From: an uncultured Candidatus Saccharibacteria bacterium
Lineage (GTDB): Bacteria > Patescibacteriota > Minisyncoccia > Phycocordibacterales > JACOZG01
Direction: 5' to 3'
NCBI GenBank assembly: GCA_964567425.1
Contig: CAZMMP010000003.1
Coordinates: 1-32,059, forward strand
Length of the DNA stretch: 32,059 nt
Each line of letters begins with the position of its first letter. The first letter of the stretch is position 1. The translations under genes were made by a program, and so were the position numbers. Positions 16,778 to 26,798 of the stretch are shown one piece after another. The notes beneath the pieces were generated by a model that saw only the letters and a list, made by a program, of their open reading frames with translations, searched no databases and was not told the origin of the DNA.

Positions 16778-18017
16778 AACCGGCGGCTGGATCGTTGGCG
16801 GTGCCGTGTTAGTGGCGGCGCTCGGGTTTAGTTCCGTTCTCGTTTTCCCCCGGTGGTGGCAAGCGCCCGAGTATTTAGCGGCCACTAGCGAATTGGCCGC
16901 CACCAGCACTCCGAGCGCTACCTCTTCGGTGCCGAGCGTCGAGCATCTTTCCACGCCCGAGCCACTCCGCGCGCTTTATCTCACGCAATGTGCGGCGGCC
17001 AGCCCGGCGCTCCGCGAGCACGTGCTCGGACTGGCCACCACGACGGAGATTAATGCGATTGTGGTGGATCTTAAAGATTACAGCGGCACTGTCATTTTCC
17101 CTTCCGCTACCGCGGTGCCGGGCGGCAAAGGGTGCACCGACAGCCAGTTTCGTGCTCTGGTCAAACGGATGCATGAGGCGGGGATTTATGTGATTGGTCG
17201 CTTAACCGTCTTTCAAGATCCACTCTATACCAAAGTTCACCCCGAGGAGGCCGTCCAGAGCAACAAACGAGCAAACGCAGCGACGGCGCTCGAGCGCGTC
17301 TGGCGCGATCGCAAAGGCCTGGCTTTTGTAGATGTCTCAAGCGAGCCCTTCCATACCTATATTGCTACGCTCGCTAATGAAGCGATTGCGCTCGGCGTCG
17401 ACGAAATTAATTTTGATTATATCCGCTACCCGTCCGATGGTGATATGGAGGACACTCGCTATATTGATACGGGTCGTTCTCATGCTGAAAATCTTGAACG
17501 TTTTTTCCAGTTTTTATCAGACAATGTTCCGGCTGTTCGTTCGGCGGATTTATTCGGCATGACGGCGTCAAATTATGATGATCTGGGGATCGGCCAGGTG
17601 CTCGAGCGAGCAATGCCCTACTTTGATTATGTGGCCCCAATGGTATACCCCTCCCATTATCCGAAAGGTTTTAATGGTTGGTCTGATCCCAATCAACATC
17701 CCTACGATATTATCCACTTTTCCCTGTCACGCGCCGTCGCTCGAGCCAGGGCCACCACGACGCTTATTGCTGCTCTCTCCTACCAGCCGCTTGATCCGGC
17801 GGCTACCACCACGCCGCGGGTGTACCAAAAACCGAGCTTCCTGCCCGGCAAAATCCGCCCCTGGCTTCAAGATTTTAATTACCCCATCACGTACACTCCC
17901 GAGATGGTCGAGGCCCAAATTCAAGCAACCTATGATGTTGGCCTGACGAGCTGGATGCTCTGGGATCCGGCCAACCGCTACACCGCCTCTGTTCTAAAAA
18001 CTTATCCCCGGCCTTGA
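16761..18017 (+). CDS. putative glycoside hydrolase, DUF4015 (GH-like TIM barrel) family, membrane anchored
   Basis: Contains INAIVVDLKDYSG, IYVIGRLTVFQDP and EINFDYIRYPSDG. ATG 16761 gives an N-terminal TM helix (WIVGGAVLVAALGF). The ORF-track start is 16716. Confidence 0.8.
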   Translation: MNRWLKTGGWIVGGAVLVAALGFSSVLVFPRWWQAPEYLAATSELAATSTPSATSSVPSVEHLSTPEPLRALYLTQCAAASPALREHVLGLATTTEINAIVVDLKDYSGTVIFPSATAVPGGKGCTDSQFRALVKRMHEAGIYVIGRLTVFQDPLYTKVHPEEAVQSNKRANAATALERVWRDRKGLAFVDVSSEPFHTYIATLANEAIALGVDEINFDYIRYPSDGDMEDTRYIDTGRSHAENLERFFQFLSDNVPAVRSADLFGMTASNYDDLGIGQVLERAMPYFDYVAPMVYPSHYPKGFNGWSDPNQHPYDIIHFSLSRAVARARATTTLIAALSYQPLDPAATTTPRVYQKPSFLPGKIRPWLQDFNYPITYTPEMVEAQIQATYDVGLTSWMLWDPANRYTASVLKTYPRP

Positions 18018-18038
18018 TCGCTAGCCGAGCAGTAAACC

Positions 18039-18047
18039 TGCTATACT
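18039..18047 (+). promoter_or_regulatory. extended -10 element TGcTATACT, 9 nt upstream of ATG 18057
   Basis: TG at 18039-18040, hexamer TATACT at 18042-18047, spacer tattagtga, then ATG. No SD. Confidence 0.45.
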
Positions 18048-18056
18048 TATTAGTGA

Positions 18057-21000
18057 ATGAAATTTTCCCGCCCTCTGGTGATTGTTCTGCTCGTGCTGGT
18101 GGGTGCCTTACCCGTACTCGGTGCTGTTTTTCCTCCGCTTACTGCTAAATTTACCGGACACGATACTGGTCCGAGCGTAACACAGCTTCAACAAATGCTC
18201 GCGGCGGATGGCGTTTACTCTGCTACCCCGAGCGGTAGTTACGACCAGGTAACCACCGAGGCGGTGGCGCGGTTCCAACAAAAATATAATTTACCCACCA
18301 CCCCCGAAACACTCGGTTTTGCTGGCCCTAGTACCCGCGCTAAATTAAATGCGCTGTATGCCGAAGGTGGCAGTCCTCCTGTTCCGTCCTCAACTTCTGG
18401 TGGGTCGGCTCCCGCTTCAGCTAACACTGAAGCTCTGGTGCAAACCCTGCGATTGCAGCTGCTCTCGCTGTTGCAGCAGCTGCTCGGCTTGCTTCAAAAA
18501 GGCAATCAGCCACTTCCACCGCTTCCCACGGCTAGTTCAACGGTTCAAGTTAGTCCAACCGTGACGCCAAGTGGTAGTACCTCGGCCGTAGTTACTTCCA
18601 GTCTTCATCAGATTACTGCCTCGACCGGCGCTGGCGGCCGCGTCACTCCTCTTGGTCAAATCAAGGTCGAAGATGGCAAAGACAAAACCTTTACCATTAC
18701 AGCCGATGCAGGCTTTACCATTGATCGGGTAACGATTGATGGTCAGGCGATTGCTTCGGCCGAGCTTGGTGCCGGCGGGGCGAGTTATACCTTTAAAAAG
18801 GTTAAAACTGACCATACTATTAATGTAACGTTTAAAACGACTACGACCGCCGCCCCCGCTGACACCGTTACCTTGACCACTACGGCGCAAGACGGACAGA
18901 TTACCCGCTCTTCGACTCAATCCGCGTATCCGACTAACACCACGATTACGTTAACAGCTGTCCCAAATGCCGGCTTTCAGTTTGTGGGTTGGTCCGGCGA
19001 TGCGAGCGGTACCAGCAATCCCTTGAGCGTGGTGCTTAACAAAAATAAATCAATCACGGCTAATTTTTCGCCGCTTTCGTACGCTATTGTAGCGAGCGCC
19101 GGCAGCGGCGGGGCGATTAGTCCGGCGGGGAGTACGCCGGTGCAAGCGGGAGCAAATCAGACCTTCACCATCACGACCACTACAGGTTATAGTATCGCGA
19201 GCGTTTTAATTGATGGACAAGCCGTAGCGATCGCTTCGACGTACACGTTCCAAGATGTTCGCGCTAATCACGCGATTGCAGTTACTTTTTCAACGACCAC
19301 CACGACACCCGTCGAATCGCCTTCAGTAACGTATCCGACCGGCACGATCTTGCCCGCGGGGAGCGGTTTTAGCGGCGCAACCGCGCAGCCGGCGACGCGC
19401 GGCTCCTCCTCCCAAACCGGCTATGACGCTAAAGCGATTGCTCGCTGGGACGTGATTCCGTATCAAACCTTTGATACCACCTTTAATGTTGGTGTCGTCG
19501 CCTTCCACATTGCTGATATTGATCGCGTCGAGTTTTCCGCCAATGGGGGAGCGTGGACGGCGATTGATCGGATGACCACCAACCCCCAGTCGGGAGTGAA
19601 AGAGTATTGGGCTACGGTCCGAGCAAGCGATTTCCCTGACGGGCAGATTGAATTACGCGCGGTGGTGTATCCTAAGGTTGGTATACCGCGCGTCCTAGCC
19701 GGCGCGATTACCTCGGCATCCAGCGCGCTCGGCGAGCATTCCATCTTTCTGTTTGCTAACGCCAACCACAGCTTTGTCTCCCAAGCGGTCTATGTCGGCT
19801 TGAGTGGTGCCGATACGAATCCCGGCACGGCTGTAGCGCCGTTTGCCACGATTAAAAAAGCGCTTAGCGTCGTTAAAGACGGCGGCACCATTATTTTGCT
19901 TGATGCCGGTTCTTACGCGGTCGACGGGCCCAGCACCTATGTGCGGCCTACGCGCTGGATTACGATCAAGCCCCGTGATGGCTTGACGCGCGATCAAGTG
20001 GTAATTGCCCAACCCACGCGAACGGGCATTCGGCCCTTTGTTAACCTGCTTAAATGGCAAGGCTTAGCTTTCGACTTTCATACTGTGGCCCAATATTATG
20101 GCGAGGCTGGTTCCTTGCTCTGGTTTGATAACGTGCATTGGTATGACTCGGGCGGCTGGACCTCAATTTACACTGGCAACACCGGACGGGTTAGCGCCTA
20201 CGTTGCGGCGACCTACGTTACCGATTCGCTGGCGGAAGAAATGGAGTATGGATTTACCAGCACGTCGCTCTTGCGCAACTCCCACATGTACCGCATTTCA
20301 GGCGACGCTTTCCAAAACTCGCGCCTCATTCTTAACTCGGATGTTGATACAATGGCCACGGTGATTTGTTGGACGAACGCCTCGGGCGCTAAAGAATGCA
20401 CCCATAATGATATCTTGCAGTATTGGAGTAGTGCTACCAACAACATTATTATTTATGGCGTCGAAGCGACGAATATTAAGGAAACGCAAGGAGTCTTTAT
20501 TACCGGCGAACCGCTGCAAGACGTTGCGGTCGTTAATGTGGATTTGGATACTAACGATCCCGGCGGCGGCCCTGCCTTTTCGCAAATGGGAGGTACTAAT
20601 AAGCACTATCTCTTGATTAATCTCCAGTTGCCGAAGCAGAAATTTATCATTCGCAACGATGCGTTATTGTCCACGACGAACGTGCTCTTTAAAGATTGTA
20701 CTTTGTATGAAGCGCTGGGGACGCTCCCGCCCAATGTCACGGTTAAAAATTGCGTGGACCGAACCGGGAAGTCGATTGATGGGATTGGTTTGCCGCCGGA
20801 CACGATTGCTCCCACCGCGCCGACTAATCTAGCGGTAACTTCTACCAATGCGAATGCGGTGGCCTTAAGCTGGTCGGCTGCCACCGATAACGTTGCCGTA
20901 ACTAATTACAAAGTCTATCGCGATGGTACGGCTGTGGCCACGGTCAATAAAACGACGTACACCAATACTGGTCTCACGCCGCTCACTACCTATCGGTACA

Positions 21001-21884
21001 CTGTAGCGGCCGTTGATAAGGCGGGTAATGTATCTCCGCTTTCGGGTGAGGTGAGTGCGACCACGTTGGACGCCGCCTCGGGCACAACGGCTCCTTCGGT
21101 GAGCGATCACGATGCCTCGTTAGGCTTGTTGGGACGCTGGTCGTTTGATTCAGGCTCCGTGGCGGGGACCACGGCGCAAGACGACTCTGGTAACGGGAAT
21201 GATGCCGAACTTGCCCAAATCCCCACCTTGCCCTCAGGTAAAATTGGCCAAGCCCTCCAGCTTGATGGCAGTACCCAGTGGGCGGAGGCGCCGGCCAGCG
21301 GTTCGCTCAATGTTTCTTCATCGGTTACGGTAGCTGGTTGGGTTAATGCCGCTAACACGACTGGAGGGGTGATCTTGGCCCGAGGCTGCACCTATTCCGG
21401 CGCTTCAGCGGAAGATTACGCTCTCTTCTTATATTCCGGGAATCGCCTCAAAATGGATATCAGCGACGGCTCGAGCGTCTCTTCGGTACTCTCTCCCACC
21501 AGCCAGGCGGCCGGTACCTGGTATCACGTGGCCGGCGTGTATGACGGCAGTAGCGTGACACTCTATCTTAATGGAGTGCAAAGCGGGACTACGGCGACGA
21601 CGCTTACTCACCTCAACTCAACGACGGGTAAAAAAATCGGCATTGGCCGCGACCTGACCTGCAGCCGCGCCACTCTAACGGGTTTGCTTGATGATGTGCG
21701 GGTCTACAATACCGCTCTGTCGGCAAGCGAGCTCCAGGCGCTGTACGCCCAGGCGCGAAGTGCCCACGTTGATCCACTGGCCCAGATCAAGCCAGCCAAT
21801 AATCTGGCGGCCAGCTATTCAGCCTTTGAAATATTCTGGCTTTGGCTCAAGCAGCTCCTAGTTGGTCTGGGTCAACGATTATAG
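18057..21884 (+). CDS. large surface protein: PG-binding domain, Leu/Gln zipper, three InlB-B-repeat/Ig-like modules, right-handed beta-helix (pectate-lyase-like), FN3, LamG
   Basis: Signal peptide. PG_binding_1 (GPSVTQLQQMLAADGVY...GPSTRAKLNALY). Modules of the type FTITADAGFTIDRVTIDG...HTINVTF and AVPNAGFQFVGWSGDASG. Beta-helix entry motif APFATIKKALSVVKDGGTIILLDAGSY. FN3 (VALSWSAATDNVAVTNYKVYRDG). Laminin_G_3 (LLGRWSFD...WYHVAGVYDGSSVTLYLNG...LDDVRVYNTALS). Hydrophobic C-terminal tail. Confidence 0.9.
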   Translation: MKFSRPLVIVLLVLVGALPVLGAVFPPLTAKFTGHDTGPSVTQLQQMLAADGVYSATPSGSYDQVTTEAVARFQQKYNLPTTPETLGFAGPSTRAKLNALYAEGGSPPVPSSTSGGSAPASANTEALVQTLRLQLLSLLQQLLGLLQKGNQPLPPLPTASSTVQVSPTVTPSGSTSAVVTSSLHQITASTGAGGRVTPLGQIKVEDGKDKTFTITADAGFTIDRVTIDGQAIASAELGAGGASYTFKKVKTDHTINVTFKTTTTAAPADTVTLTTTAQDGQITRSSTQSAYPTNTTITLTAVPNAGFQFVGWSGDASGTSNPLSVVLNKNKSITANFSPLSYAIVASAGSGGAISPAGSTPVQAGANQTFTITTTTGYSIASVLIDGQAVAIASTYTFQDVRANHAIAVTFSTTTTTPVESPSVTYPTGTILPAGSGFSGATAQPATRGSSSQTGYDAKAIARWDVIPYQTFDTTFNVGVVAFHIADIDRVEFSANGGAWTAIDRMTTNPQSGVKEYWATVRASDFPDGQIELRAVVYPKVGIPRVLAGAITSASSALGEHSIFLFANANHSFVSQAVYVGLSGADTNPGTAVAPFATIKKALSVVKDGGTIILLDAGSYAVDGPSTYVRPTRWITIKPRDGLTRDQVVIAQPTRTGIRPFVNLLKWQGLAFDFHTVAQYYGEAGSLLWFDNVHWYDSGGWTSIYTGNTGRVSAYVAATYVTDSLAEEMEYGFTSTSLLRNSHMYRISGDAFQNSRLILNSDVDTMATVICWTNASGAKECTHNDILQYWSSATNNIIIYGVEATNIKETQGVFITGEPLQDVAVVNVDLDTNDPGGGPAFSQMGGTNKHYLLINLQLPKQKFIIRNDALLSTTNVLFKDCTLYEALGTLPPNVTVKNCVDRTGKSIDGIGLPPDTIAPTAPTNLAVTSTNANAVALSWSAATDNVAVTNYKVYRDGTAVATVNKTTYTNTGLTPLTTYRYTVAAVDKAGNVSPLSGEVSATTLDAASGTTAPSVSDHDASLGLLGRWSFDSGSVAGTTAQDDSGNGNDAELAQIPTLPSGKIGQALQLDGSTQWAEAPASGSLNVSSSVTVAGWVNAANTTGGVILARGCTYSGASAEDYALFLYSGNRLKMDISDGSSVSSVLSPTSQAAGTWYHVAGVYDGSSVTLYLNGVQSGTTATTLTHLNSTTGKKIGIGRDLTCSRATLTGLLDDVRVYNTALSASELQALYAQARSAHVDPLAQIKPANNLAASYSAFEIFWLWLKQLLVGLGQRL

Positions 21885-21903
21885 TAGACTTAGTAAAAAC
21901 GGG

Positions 21904-24774
21904 ATGAAACGGACTACCGCGATTGGACTCGGAGTGATGATAGGGGTTTTGGCGCTCGCTACTGCGGCTTGGGCCGGAGTGGTGTGCACCTTCACTGGCA
22001 GTGCAGGCACTGATCTCTCCAGCTACTCGCAATCCGGCGAACCTACCTGGACGGAGCACGCTAACTATACTTCGGGCGCGATAATTTTAGATAATGCCAA
22101 TCGCGCTCGCCCCAATTCTGGCAATATCAGCGTTTATTATTCTAGCGATGTGCCCGCCTCGGCTGATTATTCGGTGGAGGCGGATCTGGTGTGGGTTACT
22201 AACGTCGGCTCATATTATGGTTTGATCGCCCGCGCGAGTACCACCGCCTCCACTTTTTACCAAGCGCTGTATTATCAAAATGAATGGCGGATTTACCGCG
22301 TCATCTCTGGCACAGCGACGCTCTTGGGGGCATACCCGGAGGTGGTGACGAGCGGCACACATCACCTGCTCTTCACGGCTCGGGGGATCAATTTAACTTT
22401 GGCGGTTGATGGCACCGAGCGAGTGCATGTGCTGGATTCAAATATTACTACCGCCGGGTTTGGCGGGCTCACCAGTTGGGGTGCCGCTCTCTCGGACTCT
22501 ACCGGCATTCATTTTGATAATTTTCAAGAGACTGATCTCGCCACTGCCGGAGTGGGAACGAATATCACCATCACCAGTCCCGAGGCGTATCAGATCATTC
22601 AGCGCGGCAGTAATAATACGGCGAGTATTCCCATCACTGGTACTTACACCGGATCGCCCACGGCGATTGAAGCGCGCTGGAATAATGGCGCTTGGACCAC
22701 AATCGTAGCGAGTCCTGCGGGCGGTACCTTTAGCGGCACCTTAACCGGCCAAACTGCCGGACAGGGCACGCTTGAGGTGCGGCACGCCAACAATACGGCT
22801 AACAACGCTTCGGTGAGCAATGTCGGCGTCGGCGAGGTTTTTGTGGTGGCGGGCCAATCAAATGCCGAGGGGCAGGGGACGTATATGCAGCAGTGGATAA
22901 ACAACGGTTTTGTGCCCGGGTTATTTGGCAATGACAATCATTGGCGCTTGCTCGCCGATCCCTTTGATAGCTCGTACAACCAAGTGGATTCGGTGAGCAA
23001 TGACACGACCTTGCCAGCGGGAAGCGTTTGGCCTTTGGTGGGCAGTTATCTCATGGCCACCACCAGCGTGCCGGTGGCCTTCGTGCCCACTCCTAAGGGC
23101 GCCACGGCCATTTCCGCGTGGCAGCCGAGCGCTAATCATCTTGACCGCTCGACGCTCTATGGTTCGATGAACTATCGCGCCAGTTTGTTAAGCGCGGGAG
23201 CGCGCATGGTGGTGTGGTGGCAGGGCGAGACCGACGCCACGGCAGGCACTACCCAAAGTGCTTACAATAGCGCGCTCGATACGCTGGCCAATGCCATCAA
23301 TAGCGATCGTGGCCTCAAGCTCATGGCCGTCCGACTCCAAAATTCGAGCGGCCTCACCGACGCTAATGAGGACGCGATTCGAGCGGCGGTGGTTGAGGCG
23401 GCCAATGATAATGCGAATGTTTTACTAGGCCCCGATCTCTCTGATTTAAATACGGACGACACCCTCCACCTGAAATCAAATGCTAATTTAGCGACTGCGG
23501 GCGGGCGCTGGGCCGCCTCCATCTTGCCGTACTTGCCGCCTGTCGCACCCTCGGGTCTCACGGCGAGCACTACCTCGGCCACGGCGGTTGCCTTGCAATG
23601 GACCGATAACTCCGCCTACGAGACGGGTTTTACAATTGATTACAGCAGCTCAAGTGCTTTTACGAGCTTTGCCACCACGACTGCCGCGGCCAACGCCACC
23701 AGCACAACCGTTACTGGCCTATCACCGGCCACGACGTATTATTTCCGAGTAAAAGGGACTAATACCGCTGGCGCTTCTTTTAATTCCGCTTCCACCAGCG
23801 CCGTGACTAGTGTTGCACCCGACAACACACCCCCCACGCCGGGCTCCATTACTTTCTCTAGCGTTACCACGACCAGCATCACCGCTTCTTCCACAGGGGC
23901 GACAGATGCCGGTGGTTTAGCGGCCACTCCCTTTATTTATCATGCTACGAGCACCGGCTTTGGCAGCTTTAGCGCCGCGACCAGCACGGCCGTAACGTTT
24001 ACCGGCTTAACGCCTAACCGCACCTATTACTTTGAAGTCGGCGTGCAAGATGCGGCGGGCAATTGGGCGACCAGCACGGTGTATGGCACCAGTACGCTGG
24101 CACTAACCCACACGATTACGGCCACGGCCGGTCTCCATGGGAGCATTAGTCCATCGGGCTCGGTGGTGGTAAACGATGGTGACTCGCAAGCGTTTACGAT
24201 CACTCCCGACGGTGGTTATAGTCTAAGCGGACTTACGGTTGACTCGAGTCCGGTCACGACCGCTTCGAGCTATACCTTTTCTTCAGTCGTAGCTGACCAT
24301 ACGATTGCGGCTACGTTTACTGTCATTCCTGATTCAACTTCGACAACCACTTCGTCCACAAGAACCTCTTCGTCGGGCGGCGGCGGAGGCAGCCGCCCGA
24401 AACCGGCGGTGATTCCGAGCGCGGCTCTCCCAGCGCCAGTCCCTCTCCCTTCGGGTCTGACTCATATCTTCCCTCCGTTACTTACTCCGCTTGCTCTCGG
24501 CCAACAAAGCCCGAGCGTTACTCAATTGCAGCAAATGTTAACAGAGATGGGTATTTATCACGGTCCGATTACTGGTTATTATGGCGTTTTAACTAAAGCC
24601 GCCGTGGGAGTCTTCCAAGGTCAGGCGGGGATTATTACGACCGCCGAAACTAAAGGGCTGGCCGGACCCCAAACCCGGGCCGCTTTAAATCGCTGGTATT
24701 TAGGGGCGTTACAACAGCAGCTCCAGACCCTTCAACTGCAGTTGACGACGCTCTTGGCGAGCCCGCCTAAGTAA
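21904..24774 (+). CDS. large surface protein: jelly-roll lectin-like domain, SASA/DUF303-type carbohydrate O-acetylesterase, two FN3, InlB-B-repeat-like module, PG-binding domain
   Basis: ATG 21904 gives the signal peptide MKRTTAIGLGVMIGVLALATAAWA (the ORF track opens at TTG 21862). The SASA catalytic motif VFVVAGQSNAEGQG has GQSN at 22851-22862. FN3 domains span about 23536-24100. C-terminal PG_binding_1 (SPSVTQLQQMLTEMGIY...GPQTRAALNRWY) is followed by QQQLQTLQLQLTTLL. Confidence 0.9.
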   Translation: MKRTTAIGLGVMIGVLALATAAWAGVVCTFTGSAGTDLSSYSQSGEPTWTEHANYTSGAIILDNANRARPNSGNISVYYSSDVPASADYSVEADLVWVTNVGSYYGLIARASTTASTFYQALYYQNEWRIYRVISGTATLLGAYPEVVTSGTHHLLFTARGINLTLAVDGTERVHVLDSNITTAGFGGLTSWGAALSDSTGIHFDNFQETDLATAGVGTNITITSPEAYQIIQRGSNNTASIPITGTYTGSPTAIEARWNNGAWTTIVASPAGGTFSGTLTGQTAGQGTLEVRHANNTANNASVSNVGVGEVFVVAGQSNAEGQGTYMQQWINNGFVPGLFGNDNHWRLLADPFDSSYNQVDSVSNDTTLPAGSVWPLVGSYLMATTSVPVAFVPTPKGATAISAWQPSANHLDRSTLYGSMNYRASLLSAGARMVVWWQGETDATAGTTQSAYNSALDTLANAINSDRGLKLMAVRLQNSSGLTDANEDAIRAAVVEAANDNANVLLGPDLSDLNTDDTLHLKSNANLATAGGRWAASILPYLPPVAPSGLTASTTSATAVALQWTDNSAYETGFTIDYSSSSAFTSFATTTAAANATSTTVTGLSPATTYYFRVKGTNTAGASFNSASTSAVTSVAPDNTPPTPGSITFSSVTTTSITASSTGATDAGGLAATPFIYHATSTGFGSFSAATSTAVTFTGLTPNRTYYFEVGVQDAAGNWATSTVYGTSTLALTHTITATAGLHGSISPSGSVVVNDGDSQAFTITPDGGYSLSGLTVDSSPVTTASSYTFSSVVADHTIAATFTVIPDSTSTTTSSTRTSSSGGGGGSRPKPAVIPSAALPAPVPLPSGLTHIFPPLLTPLALGQQSPSVTQLQQMLTEMGIYHGPITGYYGVLTKAAVGVFQGQAGIITTAETKGLAGPQTRAALNRWYLGALQQQLQTLQLQLTTLLASPPK

Positions 24775-24803
24775 GCTCTGCCTTGTCCGTCTTTATTAGC
24801 CGA

Positions 24804-24812
24804 TGATATAAT
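24804..24812 (+). promoter_or_regulatory. consensus extended -10 element TGaTATAAT, 7 nt upstream of ATG 24820
   Basis: TG at 24804-24805, hexamer TATAAT at 24807-24812, spacer ttacggt, then ATG. No SD. Confidence 0.55.
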
Positions 24813-24819
24813 TTACGGT

Positions 24820-26721
24820 ATGAAAAAAGAATTATTGAGAGACTTAATTGTCCTGCCGGTTGCATTGCTGATAATTGTTGTGTTGTGCGCCAGTCGCGGT
24901 AAAGCTGACTCTTCGATCCCCACCGCTAATCTGGTGCTTGATCTCCAGGCCGGGGTGGGAGTAGTTAAAGATAGCTCCAATCAAATTCTTTCCATCGCCG
25001 ATCAGAGCGGGGCGGGCAATAACGTCACCGGAGCGACGGATAATAGCAGCAAGCCGATTGATACGGTTGACGCTGATGGTAAACCGGTGATCCGTTTTGC
25101 CTGGGCTTTTTCTTCTAACCACCCTAAGGGCTACTTAGTGCTCCCGAGCACGCTCACGGGTATTAATCCTCGTAATACTTCCGTGTATGTTGTGGCGGCT
25201 CCACGGACGGTTGACTATCAGTCTTCAATTGTATCTTTCTCCGGGCCGTATAACTTTATGAGCCTTAACTCGATCGGCTCCACGCCGCCGGTGCTCTGGC
25301 TGACCACTCTGGCGAGCAACCCCAAGTTGTATGTTCCTAATAACAAAGCGGTGCTTGCCACTGTCGGCCGTTCTAACGGGGGAGTGGTACGATGGAATGA
25401 CACGCAACGAACGACCACGGCTCCTGGCGTAGGCAATCTCACGGGTGGAGCGATTGGTCGTCACGGCGATAACGCGTCGCAACATTTCTCCGGCGATGTG
25501 TATCGCGTTTTGATTTACAATACCGCTCACGATGACGCTACTATTGCGGCGATCACTGCCCAATTGGAGGCGCAGTATGGCGTGGTTACGACGTATACCA
25601 AGCAGGTCGTGATTGAAGGCGATAGTTTGACGGCCGGTGCCTACAGCACCAACTTGCAAGACTGGCCCAATCAGCTGCGGATGGCGCACCCTGACTGGCT
25701 GGTATGGAACGAGGCGTTGTCAGGAGCGCAAATTGGGGTGGCCACCACCAGTGGTACCATGGCCGCCGAGGCGCCCGTGCAAGTAGATCAACTCTACAAT
25801 CCTTCGCTTTCTCGCAATGTTTTAGCGCTCTTGGGAGGGACTAATGATATCGGAGTAGGAGGTCAAAGCGGTTCGCAGACTTTCACGCGGCTTGTTAATT
25901 ATCTCACGGCGCGCAAGGCCTTAGGCTACGAAACTTGGGTGATTACCGTCCCGGATCGCGGCAGTTTTGACACGCAAGTGCATGATTACAACGCGCTCAT
26001 CCGTTCGGGTAACCCCATGATTGATAAGGTTATTGATGTGGGTAAAGATTCTCCGACGGAAACTCGGCTCTCCAATTCAGCCAACAGCACCTATTATTAT
26101 GTTGACCAGCTCCACTTGGTTAATGCGGGTTACGGCGTAATTGCTGAATTGGTTGGCCAAGCGCTCGGTGGAGTCGTCACGCCTCCTCCGCCGCCAACCG
26201 ATACCACGGCCCCAACCATTAGCGCCATTAGTTCGGGGACGCCGGGCCAAAGCACAGCCACGATTACCTGGACTACTGATGAACCGGCGGACACGCAAGT
26301 GGAGTATGGCCTAACCACCAGCTACGGTTCCAGCTCAACATTGGCTAGTGCATTAGGGGCGAACCACAGCGTGACGCTCAGTGGCCTCAGTGCCGGGACA
26401 AGCTATCACTTTAGGGTTAAATCGCGCGACGCGGCAGGTAACTTAGCTATCTCGGCTGATCAGAGTTTTATGACGGCCGCTGCTAATACTCCGCCGCCTC
26501 CTTCCGCCGCGACTCGGGGAACCTGTGTCTTAAGCGTTGGTAATTGTACGGTAGCCACCACCGCCATTGGTGTTAATTCTTTAGTGCTGCTCACGGCGCA
26601 GGACACTGATTCGGCGGGCACTCTCTACGTGGCCAGCCGGACGCCCGGCACCTCCTTTGTGGTAATGTCTCACGATGTTGGCGATCATGGCGTAGTGGCG
26701 TGGGAAATTCTTGAGCCCTAA
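24820..26721 (+). CDS. surface protein: LamG-like domain, SGNH/GDSL hydrolase, FN3, small Cys-containing C-terminal domain
   Basis: N-terminal TM/signal segment. LamG-type end FSGDVYRVLIYNTAHD. SGNH blocks are GDSLTAG (from 25618), GGTNDIG and DQLHLVNAGY. FN3 (ATITWTTDEPADTQVEYG...SYHFRVKSRDAAGN). Confidence 0.9.
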   Translation: MKKELLRDLIVLPVALLIIVVLCASRGKADSSIPTANLVLDLQAGVGVVKDSSNQILSIADQSGAGNNVTGATDNSSKPIDTVDADGKPVIRFAWAFSSNHPKGYLVLPSTLTGINPRNTSVYVVAAPRTVDYQSSIVSFSGPYNFMSLNSIGSTPPVLWLTTLASNPKLYVPNNKAVLATVGRSNGGVVRWNDTQRTTTAPGVGNLTGGAIGRHGDNASQHFSGDVYRVLIYNTAHDDATIAAITAQLEAQYGVVTTYTKQVVIEGDSLTAGAYSTNLQDWPNQLRMAHPDWLVWNEALSGAQIGVATTSGTMAAEAPVQVDQLYNPSLSRNVLALLGGTNDIGVGGQSGSQTFTRLVNYLTARKALGYETWVITVPDRGSFDTQVHDYNALIRSGNPMIDKVIDVGKDSPTETRLSNSANSTYYYVDQLHLVNAGYGVIAELVGQALGGVVTPPPPPTDTTAPTISAISSGTPGQSTATITWTTDEPADTQVEYGLTTSYGSSSTLASALGANHSVTLSGLSAGTSYHFRVKSRDAAGNLAISADQSFMTAAANTPPPPSAATRGTCVLSVGNCTVATTAIGVNSLVLLTAQDTDSAGTLYVASRTPGTSFVVMSHDVGDHGVVAWEILEP

Positions 26722-26779
26722 AGGATAACCGGCTCAACTATTTATCCACTGTTTGTGTCTCTGGTTTGAGCTGGAGTGG

Positions 26780-26788
26780 TGGTACAAT
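26780..26788 (+). promoter_or_regulatory. extended -10 element TGgTACAAT, 10 nt upstream of ATG 26799
   Basis: Same 9-mer as at 4543-4551, then spacer tataagtacg, then ATG. No SD. Confidence 0.45.
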
Positions 26789-26798
26789 TATAAGTACG

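Noticed and set aside
18014-18019. TTGATC as a -35 box for the 18057 gene.
   Set aside because: Its spacing to the TATACT hexamer is 22 nt, outside the functional 16-19 nt range. The TG-extended -10 is the better explanation.
21862-21903. TTG 21862 as the start of the second giant gene, and likewise TTG 3943 and TTG 13056 for their genes.
   Set aside because: Downstream ATG or GTG codons give canonical signal peptides or conserved N-termini, or in one case an SD. The TTG positions are just the first possible codon after the upstream stop.
26724-26775. Weak hairpins after the 24820..26721 gene (GGATAA/TTATCC, and CCGGCTCAA/TTGAGCTGG with a long loop), considered as a terminator.
   Set aside because: The stems are short or the loops are more than 25 nt, and no clear T tract follows. 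This is not convincing enough to annotate.
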